Assembly (NCBI GenBank): GCA_001244265.2
Contig: CDLV01000011.1
Coordinates: 248,001 to 312,000, forward strand
From: Microbotryum violaceum
Taxonomy: Eukaryota
DNA length: 64,000 bases
Direction of reading: 5' to 3'
The notes under the pieces were generated by a model, which made no database searches, had not been told where the DNA came from, and saw nothing but the letters and a program-made list of their open reading frames with translations. The position numbers were made by a program, and so were the translations under genes. Positions within the stretch are counted from its first letter, which is position 1. The number at the start of each line of letters is the position of its first letter. This document shows positions 49,776 to 61,575 of the stretch, in pieces.

Positions 49776-52750
49776 TCACCCTGTCGATCCCCCACCCCCG
49801 TTCTGTGTACCGGCCGCCGCCGCTCCAGCATCCAACCCGTCCCAATCCGCACTGGTCAAACCCGTCTCGAACCCAAACAAATCCCTCTGCCCCGAAGCGA
49901 ACATCATACCCGGCTCGACGCCACTCAATAAAGCGCCAAAGGGATCTTCAATCACATGATCGACGTGTCGAGGGGAACCGATGGGGGAGGGGTTCCAGGT
50001 TGTTGAGAGGAAGTCGTGGTAGGACCCGTTGGAGAGGGGGAGGAGGTTCGAGGGTGGTTGGGTGAGTGTGCTGTGTTCGGAGAGGGAGAGGTTCGTCGTC
50101 ATTGGGACGGGGACGGAGGTGGTCGCGCTGAGTTTGGGGCTTGTGGGAACGGAGAGGGTCTGCTTGCGGCCCGAAATTCCGGCTTCGCGAATCTTGCGCA
50201 GAAAAGCGGCTTGTTTGATTGCTGGGTGACTTGGGTGAGGGGCGATCGCGTGAAGGAGGTTCGCTCCGAGTTGGAGGAGGAGGCAAAGTTTGTCCGAGGG
50301 GTGGAGCGGTGCCAGAGGGATCGGCTGCGTCAAGGCGGCGAGTACGGAGAAGCTTGACAGGAGCAAGCCTTCGTTGGCCAACTTGGCGAGGAAGATCAAG
50401 GGGTATGAGAATAACTGCAAAGTGGACAGATTTGAACGTCAGGTGTGAGCACAGATTGCGCGTCCCACGACCTTGGATTTCCGACTCACCACACACGTCA
50501 AGCTATCCGAAGCCCACCGCACCTTATCCGCGACGTTCGGATCGACCGTCAAACTCCCCTTGACGTTCTCCCAACTCGTCTCGATCCCCTTCCCCGGCAC
50601 GTTCCTCTTCCCTTCGACCGAAACGGCCAACAAGATCGCTGCACTTGCCTCGACGGCAGCGGCGAGTGATTCGTGCTCATGCTCCGTTAACAAGGGTGCG
50701 GGTTGAAGGCTCGCTTGCAGTTCCGTTCTGCGAGCTTTCCATCTTGCGAACGAATAGCCATGCACAACGACTCTGATGAAGGCTTGATAAGGGATCGCCG
50801 CAGTCCAAGCGAGTCGGTCACGCTGTTCGTTCGCTGCTAGGATCGGTTGCCAGTATTCCGTCCACTGCGACATCTCATCCTCGAATCGATGCAGGTCCTC
50901 GCGGTCGAAATAATCCCCTTCTTTTCTGGTAGCTAGGACCGAAGCTGCCGTCGCTGCCAATTCGACAGAAGCCGCGAGCCGAACGTCCTCGGGTTGATTC
51001 TTTAGGGAGGCGAAGAGGCGCGTCGATTTGAGAGCATCTTGGGGGACGAAGTTGCTGGGTTTGCCCGATTGGAGAGCTCCATGGGCCTCGTGAAATACAC
51101 AGCCAAAGTAAAGCCGTTGCTCGTTGATGATGGATTGAGGGATCGGCGCCTCGTGCTGGTTCGCGAATGCTCGTGCGAACGTGGTCGTGATCGAGGGTAG
51201 CCCGATGAACATTGCGACTCGGGAAGCGATGAGTCGCAAAAGCCATGACGCGCGCACGTTCATCTTGGAGGCGTGTTCAATCGCCGTCAAGTCTTTGATC
51301 CCACGAGCGTGGAAAGTAGCGATGGGCAGGGGTTTGTACAGGGTCAGAAGATGGATCGAGCGAATAAAGTCGGACGAGAGCTGATCCGGTTGGGGGCACA
51401 AGATGTTGGGCGCGAGTATCGAGTCGATGATGGCCGAGATGGCCTGGTAGAGCGCCAGGTTCTCGGTCGTTCGTTCCCGGTAGTAGATGGAGATGAGGAG
51501 GATCGAGTGGAAAAGCAGCGGCGATCGGTTGCGCACGGTGAGTGGGTTGCGGTCCAAGGTCGAGGACAGGGAGAGGACCCAAGGGTGCAAATGAACAAAA
51601 TATCTGCAAACGACGAAGCATCGCGGCACATTAGTACACCTTCAATGCATCTAGCGATCGTCGAATTCACTTGCACGTCGAAAGCACTCTCGCAATCCTC
51701 GACAGTCATCAGTGTCCGACTGAGCACATCCGGTCGAGCCGGATCCCACACATCCGGGTTCGCGGCCGAGGCGTTGCCGATCCCATTCAAAGTTGCTCTG
51801 GACCTGCTTTGTTGGTGCGAATCCGATAGACCGACCAAGCCTTCCACCGCCATGGCCTCAATCGCTTCGCCCGTCGCTTCGACCGGGTTGGAGGTGTTGG
51901 GCTGGTGCTGGTGGTGCTGCTCGTGTGCGTAGGGGCCACTGAGCAGGGTTTCGTCCGACACGGTCTGACCGGAATGCGAGTGCGAAGGTCGATGGTACGA
52001 GGGATGGTGCGAATGGCTCGAAGAAGACGCCGAAAAGGAGACTTCGGCTCGGGCCAAGGCACCTTCGATGGACTCGAGGCGGGCGGCCATCGCTCGGAGT
52101 CTGGGAGAGGAGTGGCGAGGGAGGCGTCACTTCCCGGACAAAGGGCACTGACGAAGCCACCTCACTCACTGTTGTGTCAGCTCGATCGGTGTGATCGACG
52201 CAATAGCTGAAGGAGCCGGCGAAGCAGCAGCAGATGGGGCAGTACCGCCGCCGAGAGGGGGAAGTGGGGCAGCTGCCACCGCGTCGGAAGAAGTCGACGA
52301 ACGCCTCGGGTGGGCCACACTTGTAGGCGTTGCAACGGCCTTGCCTTTGCCCTTGATCTTGCCCGTGCCGGTTGCGGTATGTTTCGGGGCTTTGGCCTGT
52401 GGGGGTGGCGGCTGGGAAGGTACGGGCCCTGCGGAGGACGGGAATATGCACTCGATGCCCCACCTGGAAATCGACCCGACCGTCTGCCGTCGTCAGTGGT
52501 TGGGCTTGTTCGCACCGCACAGCGCATATTGGACGCACGTTTTGCATCGATGACAGGGACAGATCGAAGGGCCGTCGCAACGTCTGTGAGCGAGGTGATC
52601 TGGGTCAGTTCGGTGCGACATGGACTGCGCAGGCGACAGGCGACCTCAGACGACTGACTGTTTGACTCGATGGCATGCCTCACACGCTGCCCTCGAGCGA
52701 GCCAAACGACCGGCCTTCCCAGGTGCAGGTGATCCATGACGAGACGACAT
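49776..52750 (-). CDS. Zn(II)2Cys6 fungal transcription factor
   Basis: RSRAACEACHRVKQ|RCDGPSICPCHRC split by introns; middle region YFVHLHPW..RSPLLFHSIL. Confidence 0.88.
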
Positions 52751-53000
52751 GGTGGCCTCGGACTTGGATTTGCGAGGAGACGGGTGCGGTGAGAGTTGGT
52801 CCCGTCGATGTGTCCGGGTGAAGCGGAGCCACCCTTCGCGCCGCGCACACCGGTCGATCGCCCTCGGCCCAATTTTCGGCCAACCACATCGCCCCGTTTA
52901 GCATAAACTTGCCGACCTCGCTCCAAGCCTCGCATCTCGCTGAACACACCGCTTCCTTTCGTATTCACATACAAGCACGAAGAATACTACTCTTCCCCAC

Positions 53001-56000
53001 TCAAATCTTTTGTTTCTTCGTCGGACCCCCCGCCGACGCCTTGTCCCCCGTCCTCTTTTTATTCATTTCCGCCTTGGCCTTGGCCAACCCTCCTCTCCAC
53101 ATCTTTTGCAATTCCAACCCACTCTGGTACACCTGATGCTCGGGACTGGCATTGAATCTGAAGCAATTGTACAGCATCAACTCGACGTCCGCGTCGACCT
53201 CGTCGATCGACGCGTAACGATCCTTTTCGACGTTGGCTTTGATCGTGCCTAGATCACGTTGAGTACCAGGTGTGATGATGCTGTAATAGGTCGGGATTTG
53301 ATCGATGATGGTGTTCACTGATTCGCGGAAAGGCCACGAAGCCCCCTCCTTGAGGATTTTGTTCAACAACGCGAGGATCGACCTTCGTTCGTGGTACGAC
53401 ATGCGACTCGCCTTCTCCCATTCGGCGCTCCATGCGCGTTGGATCATCAGCACGTGCCATACGGGTTCGGTGTTGGGTGGGTTGAATTGTTGGCAGTTTG
53501 CGACGATGCGGTCAAAGTCGGCGAACACGTCGGCGTACGTCGCGTAGCTGCCGTGGTCGAGTTTGGCCTCCATCGTCTGCAGATCCATCGGCTCGCTGAT
53601 CTCTTGATAGTAACTGTCCACGAGAGTCAAACTACATTAGCACTCGCAGCTTGCTCCCCCCTCAACCCCCCCGCCCGCTTCACGTTGACTTACACAGGCA
53701 AAGCAACCGGATCCACCGGTTTGAGGAACCAAAACGCCTCCCTCATACCCTTGATCTTCGCCATCACCTGCCTAACCTTCTTCGGATCGACCCGATCATT
53801 GGGATTGATCCAAGTCGAAGGGGGCGGCAACTTGGGTTCATCCAAGACGGGAGGTCGAAGAGGGGCGGTTGGGTAGGCTTCGGTCACTGCTACGGGACCT
53901 CGTGCGGAGGGAGGTTCGATGACGTCGTCGGGTGGATCGGCGTAGTTGACTTCTTTACGCTTCTTCTTCTCCTTAAAAGGGCGGGGAACGTCCTCCACAC
54001 CCGCGGCGGCATCCCCATTACTCCCTACACTCCGTGAAGACTGCTTCGAAGTCGACCCTGCCGCTCCATAGGTCGCGTCATCCGTTGTCGTGCGTGACAT
54101 CTTCGGTGCCTTGAGCGGTTTAGGAGCTTTAGGTGGTTTGGGAGTAGTCACGGGTGAAACTGTCGGTCCACCAGGGGCAGCCGTGAGAGGTGCAGCGGCC
54201 CCGTTTGGTGCCGTCGGTGTCGTAGCAGCTCCACCAAACTTGATCTTGAACCCGAGCGAGGGAGTCGGTAGGGCAGGGGAAGCCGCTCCACGATTTTGCT
54301 TCTGCGCCGCCGGCGCAAGAGGAGGCGGAGTCGCTCGTACAGGAGGGGTAGCCACGGCAGTCGGAGCAGGAGCAGGCGCCCGAGGCTTGATCTTGAACGA
54401 CAAGCCCGTCGATAAAGGAACAGTAGGTGTCGGTGCAAATTCGTCCGCCGGCAACTCGGCAGGTGGTGGTGGTGGTGGAGGTGGAGGCAGCGGGTTCGTC
54501 GCCAATTTCAACACGGGCGGCCTCATCTCCGACGCCTTCTTCGAAGTGGTCGTCGTCGTCGATGCCGAAGCAACGGGTTCCACCATTTGAGCTGCAGGAA
54601 CCGCCGGAGTCGGCACTTCCATCATCTTGAGCGTCGCCTCGATCCGATCCCATTGCTTATCGAAAAACGCATCGAGCTTCCTCGCCAAATCGACGACGAC
54701 ACCCTGGACGTTATACAAGATCGCATTCGAGATGATGAGTTTGAAGTCCGCTCGGAAGGCGTACCGATCGGCATAATCCCCATTGTTGAGCTTGGCACTG
54801 AGGGTCGATACGTCCATGGGATGATGAACGATATCCCAATACCCCGGAGCACCAGATTTGACGGGATCTACCGGGTGTTGGAACAACGTGACGTGCTTGT
54901 CCTTGAGCAACTTCTTGACCATGCTCTTGCACGCCGTGAAATCGCTGTGCGACATCCCGGAGGCCTGAGCATGCTCGAGCTTGGGCGGTGCTTTGACTTT
55001 GGTCTTTTTCGGCTTGACCGTCGTCGGAACAGGGACGGGGATCTCCAAAGGAGCCGGGTTCTCGGCCGCGGGCGGTGCGGCCGTCGAGCCGCCCAACTTG
55101 ATCCTGGGTAACGAAGCAGTCTGCGTATTCGTCAGCTTGAGTCGAGGCGTCGTGGCCGATACAGGCGCCGCCACAGGTGACTCGGCAACGACGGGCATCC
55201 TGAACGTGATCTTCGGCAAGGGTTCCCCCTCGGGTCGGATCGTCACTTCGGCGAGCTTGAGCATACAATCCCTCACTTCGGGATCGATATCGGGATGCGT
55301 CAACGTCTGCAACAAGCACTGCCGGAAGTTGTTCGAACGACCGGGTTTCTTGCGTAGAGCTTTCAGCGTACTTTGGATCGAGTCACCCTTCTTTGTCGAA
55401 CCCGCGCCGAACTCTTCCAGTCCCGTCTCGGGCGCAGCCCCGAGATCTTTCGTGACGGCGAGGAAGGGGAGGATCTCGACGAGGGCTTGGGCGAGACGTC
55501 GTTGAACGAGGCGGGACGAATCGTCGCGCAAGACGGCAAAGAGGTACTGCACGAGCGGGATCGATTCTTGCATGTCTTGGAAAGGGTTGAGCAAGAGCAA
55601 TGCCTCGAAAGCCGCGATTCGGACCGGCGGGTAGTTCCCATCTCTGCAACAAACGAGATCACACCGTTATAACAACAGCACCTTCGGTCCTGAAGCAAGG
55701 AGCCCAAGGACGCACCGTGTATAAATGAAGAACGACATGCGATCCTCGGGCAACAGCGACGCCATCATCAACCTCAACTTGAACTCGATACCCGCGACTG
55801 TGATCGCATTCTGGAACGAGGGGACCAACCGATCCGTACTGAGGTACCTTTCGACCGCTGCCAGTGCCGGTTCGAGCGCCTCGAGACTCGACGCTTCGTC
55901 ACCGAACGTGCCTTCGTCGGCACCAAATATCCCTAGGTCGCGTTTGAGGGGTGTTCCAGCGAACGAGTACCCCAATGCGTTGATGATGGAAACGATGTAG

Positions 56001-58922
56001 AAGGCGTCCGAGAGCCGATTACCAAGGTTATCGTTGTAGGCCAACAGATCAATAAGGAACTGATGCACCACTGCGGGTGTTTGTCCCTGTTCGTCCCTGG
56101 CCATCGAGATGGCCTGAATCAGCGCCTTCTTGAGAAAGTAGAGGGACATGTCTGAGAAATCGTTCGTCTTGGGGATACAACGAAACGCGAACGGATCCTT
56201 CGTCTCTGCCGCAGGCTCGAAGCAAAACCACGATTGGAACAACTTGAACAGGTGAAAGAGACCCAAGTAATCGGCTCGGTTCGTCGCACACGAGACCAAC
56301 GCCAGCGCCGCTTCCATCCGGATGCGAATAAAGTAATTCCCCACGAGGACAGTCTTGCACAAATTGCTTGAAACCACCGTGTCGTGAATTGCCGGTTTTT
56401 CCGGATTCCGATGGACGGAAGCGCACATATGGGACAGTGCATGGATCGCCTCAAGTTGAGCAACGACGTCCCGATCACGTTGGAGTTGCGAGATCCACAT
56501 GAAGTCGGGTTGTTCAAATTGGATGCGCGCGATCCAGTCCATCTCGGCGTCAATGCGGATCCATTCGTACGTCGCCTGACTCATCAATACGTCGTCCTCT
56601 TCCGTCCAATCAGCAACTTGCCACCTCTCTCGTTCTACCTCTTCCTCCCACAACGTTGAGCCGAACCCCACATCGATCAAAGCCACGTCCTCAGCCGCTT
56701 CGAGATCGCCCGCAGCAGCGGCTTGCGCAGCTGCCTGCCGAGCCTGGTACCGCTTCGTATTACGTCGAATACGCTTGTACTTTGTATTGAACGGCACCTC
56801 GTGCCTCTTGAACGATTCGCTGATCGAAAGCACATGCTCATAAGGTGTCCCATCGGCTTCGTGGATCCGGATCGTCATCTGTCCTTCGAAACAAGCGACA
56901 GGTCGAAGATGGCCCGTCTCTTCCCAGGGCGCGGACTGGGCCCAGAGGTGCGCCAGACATTCTTGCTTGATGCTCAATTCGATCGCCATGCGTTTACGAT
57001 TGAACACGGCCGAAACGACGAACGTCGGACACCCCGAAGCATAGACCCATTGATCGAAAAAGTTTCGGATCGCATCAGCTGAACCGCCGCACGCTTTGCG
57101 ACACATGCGTTGGAAGGTCGTCGTCGACAGAGCATTGTAGTTGCCCGTCGAGGTCGTGCTCGTATCGCCCGTGATGGCATCCAGAAAGATCTTGGGCAAG
57201 ACCTTGTCCAAGCCGAGCGACGTGCCGGCGTTGCGCAGGAACTTGTCAAAGATGTACAGCACGAGCGGGGCTTTGAGCGCGATGAACTGCAACTGAGCCG
57301 GTTCGGGTTGCGCTAAGCGGGCGGGGACCGAGAGTGGCTCCCGTTGGACGTCCTGTGCGACGCAGCGGATCATGTCCTTTTTCAACCGGAACCGATACTC
57401 GTTGTTGCCCCACACCTCGCGCAGGAACAGGGACGTGATGTGTTGCGCGATCCCGATGACGAGCCAGACGTCCGAGGCGGTCCGAGCGATCAAGTTGATC
57501 CCTGACCACTGGACGGCAAGAGCATGCGCCAACGTGTGCCGCGTTTCAAACGCCTGATCGATGATGCTCGCCGGGTGCAACATGTCGGAACTGAGGATCG
57601 TCAACCCGGCCGAGTGGAACGTCGGCGAACCCGAGCTCAGCGCATCGACGAACGCGACGGTGTAGTTGGTGAAAGGATAAGACCCAAACTTGGACGTGTA
57701 AAAGTCCATCGCGCGCCGGACGATTCCAACACAGTTCGCCATCTCGGCCTCCCGACCGGGCAAACACAGCGCATGCAGTTTGGCCCCATCATGCGAGGCC
57801 AGAGGATCCTCCTCTTCCTCTGCACCCTCATCATCTTCCCCTTCTGCCGCAGCGGCATTCGCGGCATTCTCCTTGGGCGTCGGAGCAATTTCGGCGACAA
57901 CGAAGGGTCCGACGGCCCAGGCGATCTGCTGCACGCTGACGGGTGTGACTTGGGCATAGTGCCAAATGACGCGATCACTCCGTTCGGGATGGACGACCTG
58001 TTCGACCAGTTCACCCGAAGCGACGACCGAGACGGGCCATTCGACTTCTTCCTCGTCGTCGAGGTCGATCGCTTCTGGCCCGTACTGGCCGTCGACGTCG
58101 GTCGGTCGGGAGAGCGTCGAGGCCGAAGCCGAGTAGAGCACGCGCGGGACGATGAATTCGAGATCCCAGGTGCATCGATCCTTGGCGTGGTCCAAGCAAG
58201 GAACCCAATGTCGTGCCGAAATTTCGGAAAGCGTCGACGTAAAGACGTGGGGGAAGCGCTGGCGAAGAAGGCGGAGAGCAGCACCACGGTTAGCTGGTCC
58301 AGCTCAATCAACGAGACTCGTCCCTGCTCACCGAGGGATTCGTCTCATCCGGAGCGACGACCACGATCCCCGCCCCAGGTGATACGACCTCGTATTCAAT
58401 GACCAATACGACCGGTTCCCACTCGTCCTGCTTCTTGGCCTGATTCGCTTCGTCATGGTGACTCGCAGGATGAAGCTTGACGACCGAACCCTGAGGGATC
58501 GCAATACCGACCTCTCCTTCCTCGCCTTCGTTCGTCGATCGCCATACGGCTCGTTTCAGTTCGGGGTAGGTGTGGACGTTGTGAGGCTCGGTCAGAGTCG
58601 GGGCGAGAGGGGGGATGTAGGAGAACGCGAGAGGGACGGTCGTGGTCGGGAGACGCAGCGCCGTCGCGAGCACGTTCATTGACCGAGCGTGGAGCCATAC
58701 CGTACGCAGATCCGCGGTCGTAGGGGCGATCGTGAGTTCAGTATTACCCTGTTGAGAAGGGGAGAGTGTGTGCCGAATGCATCAGTCCTGCTGACTCGAG
58801 AGCTCGGCCGCTCGGCGGGAGGTGGACCACCAAGTCCGGTACAGAGCACTCACATGGATCTTGCCGTTCAGCGCGACATTGATGGACACTTTTTGACTGA
58901 GCAACGTAAATCCTTTGCCCAT
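53001..58922 (-). CDS. TAF2: TFIID subunit 2 (aminopeptidase-like fold) with three C-terminal bromodomains
   Basis: CTWDLEF, FGSYPF, QWSG, WVYASGCP, MTIRIHEADGTPYEH, EWIRIDAEMDWI, QLQRDRDVVAQLEA; bromodomain motifs FQHPVDP..PMD..N, FLKPVDP..PMDL..N, FRESV..DL..N. Start approximate. Confidence 0.95.
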
Positions 58923-60298
58923 GATGACCTATGTCCAACCTCCTGTTGTTCCTGGCAACCTCCTCGCGACAGACACGCGATGGGCAGGGAGGAGCTCGAG
59001 GTGGGTGGGTGGTGGGGACGAGAAAGCAAGCAAATCAATACTTCTTTCGGGGTCTTCCTCTTGGGCGTGGGCGTGGCAAAGTCGCCACTTGGTCGCTGGG
59101 TCGGTTAAGCACGCTGCGCGATCGAACGCGCGATGAGAGGGAGAGCCGCACCCCGCTCGCTGACTTGCGCTTCACGATGAATGGGCCGTTCCCGCGCGCA
59201 CGGACCCAATCCGGCCTGAAGCACGCCTACTTTTCCGGACGCCGACACGTCGACACGCCGACACGCCCAAATCGGCGATACGAAAAGCCCAATCGCGCAG
59301 ACGATCAAAGTTCGTCACGTCTGTCCTCCTCTAGCACGTACTACGGTGCGCGTCTGGTCGGACCGAGTTGTATTTGCCGTCGGACTGGAGCGAGTGGTCC
59401 GCTGGGCTGCTTCACCACCCCGGCCTCCTCCTCCCTCCTGGGCAATCCGAGGCTGAGGCTGCTTTTCGCGCGAACGATCAAGCGATTTGTTTTTGTAGGA
59501 ACTGTTCATCAGATTTCGCCCATTTTCTGTTCCCTCCTGATTGGCCTACGGAAGAACTAGATGGAAGTCGACGATGATAACACAAACCGCCCGCAAGATG
59601 CGAGAAACGGGCCAAGTCCATCGATCCGATACTTTGGATTCAAGTGCCCCAGCCAAGCGGTTTCTCCCACCCAGGAGACGAATGAGAGAGAGAAGGAGAG
59701 AGAGACAGAAAAATAAAAACAACAAGCGTGCTAACGACAAGAGGCCCACCTCACCGCCACCTCCCAACTCGGTCGAGACGAAGACAGGAGAGCGACTGCG
59801 CAGCTACCCCGACCCGCGAAGTCTCAAGTCTATGCTCGATCACAAAAAGACGCGGTGGAGGCCCCTCAAAACCTCCACCTCAGGTTTTTGAACCTCCAAA
59901 AAACATGAAGATCCGTACGAGCTTCACTACTCCACATGCGCCCGGGACTTGCGACTTGAATTTGCAAACGGAGGGATTCGACAGACTGACCCCGCAAACA
60001 GAGCAAGAAGCCCCTGTGATTTTCACCATGCGCCGGACTATTTCTTCTACAAGCGCTAACGAAAAGCATGGTACAGATCAAATCCTCTTCTTTTCGTCTC
60101 TCTGGACGCTCTTTTTCGCAATTTGACGAAAGCCTTTCCCTCGCTCCCCCCGAGATGCCTTGGTTTTGTGCCCCCCCCCCCCCCCCTTTTTTTTTCTTTC
60201 GGTGTGTGTGTGTTTGTTTTCTGGGTATGGGGTTGGTGCGCGCGCTGATCGAGCCCGAAGGCCACGGGTTATCTGTCTGTCGGGCCAGGTGTCTCGTG

Positions 60299-60975
60299 CT
60301 ACTGGCGCTGTCGTTTGCTGGGCTCGGGCGGCGAGCACTCTCGGATCTCGAGCTCGTCCTCGTCAGAATCGCTCAAAAGTTCAAGGATCGGTCCCGACGG
60401 GCCGTGGGCACTGGTGCTCGTCGTCGCCGCGTTCCCGGGCAAAGTCACTTCGGCACGCCGAGAGTACCCGTCGAGGGTGCGGGCAGTGTCGAGGTACAGC
60501 TCGACGTACTATCTGCGCTCGACGTTGAAGCCCGCCCCCCCCTGGGCGTGCTCCGAAGAGTCCCCTTCGCGCTGGCGGGCCTCGCGAGGAGCAGGCACGG
60601 GGACGAGCAGCGGGTTGGGGTCTCGAGGCAGGTGCAGCAGGGTGTTGAGGAACGCTCCCGAGTCTTGCGCATTGGGCTTCCAGAGCTCGCGGTCGCGGGG
60701 GAGCGTCGACTCCAGCGTGCCCTGCTTCACGAACGAGCTCTTGCGTCGGCTGTCGCAGACGTACACCTCGGGGTCGGGGTCATCGTCCGCGTCCCCGACC
60801 GTAAAGCTTGCCGTCCAGACTTTGCCCTCGGTCGGGTCGAGCGCAAAGTCGAGGGTGCGAATTCGAGCCGGTACGAGCAAATCGTGCCCATTGCGAGCCG
60901 GTTTTGCTTCGACGTGGTGGCGATGCGGCACTGGCAGTGCGGGGCAAGGGTACGGTAGGGGGGCGGCCAGGCACC
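60299..60975 (-). pseudogene. Orphan terminal exon of an unknown gene, disrupted
   Basis: Coding-like frame with an internal TAG at 60509-60511 that reads on to ...LELLSDSDEDELEIRECSPPEPSKRQRQ*. CTGAC branch point and pyrimidine tract end in CGG instead of CAG; no upstream exons before the repeat array. Confidence 0.5.
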
Positions 60976-61008
60976 GGAAGACAGAAAAAAGCGTCAGTCG
61001 GTCAAAGG

Positions 61009-61575
61009 GTATACAATACTTTTGGTTTCTCGTAGGGATCGTCATGCTTTTCGTAGGTCCAAATCGCGACTCATCTATCGCTCCTTCATCCTTTGCTGGC
61101 GCTTAGACCGCTCGGCCATATCTCCCCTCGAGTGTGTACAGTCTGTTTTCAGTTGCTCGTACGGATAGCGATCTTTTGGCAGTCCTGTTCAAACAGGAAC
61201 AAAATCTTTCATTCAGCTGCGTTCCCTCCATCCTTCGCTGCGCCTTAGACCGCTCGGCCATATCTCCCCTCGAGTGTGTACAGTCTGTTTGCAGTTGCTC
61301 GTACGGATAGCCATCTTTGGGCAGTCGTGTTCGAACACGAACAAAACCGTTCATTCAGCTGCGTTCCCTCATCCTTCGATGCGCCATATCTCCGGTGGAG
61401 TATATACACTACTTTTCGTTTCTCGTAGGGATCGTCATGCTTTTCGTAGGTCCAAATCGCGACTCATCTATCGCTCCTTCATCCTTCGCTGCGCCTTAGA
61501 CCGCTCGGCCATATCTCCCTCGGAGTATATACATTACTCTTCGTTTATCGTAAGAATTGTCATGCTTTTCGGGGG
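61009..61575 (-). repeat. Tandem array of units headed by tRNA-Leu 5'-half sequence
   Basis: 39-nt repeat at 61087-61125, 61229-61267, 61480-61518 and a 15-nt-deleted copy at 61370-61393. Minus strand reads GGAGATATGGCCGAGCGGTCTAAGGCGCAGCG. Two spacer types in order A,B,B,A,A(partial). Confidence 0.88.

Noticed and set aside
61087-61518. CRISPR array
   Set aside because: Spacers are 86-103 nt and fall into two repeated types rather than being unique, the repeat is tRNA-derived, no cas genes are present and the host is eukaryotic.
61087-61518. Functional tRNA-Leu genes
   Set aside because: No complementary anticodon stem, canonical 7-nt T-loop or acceptor 3' strand follows any of the heads.
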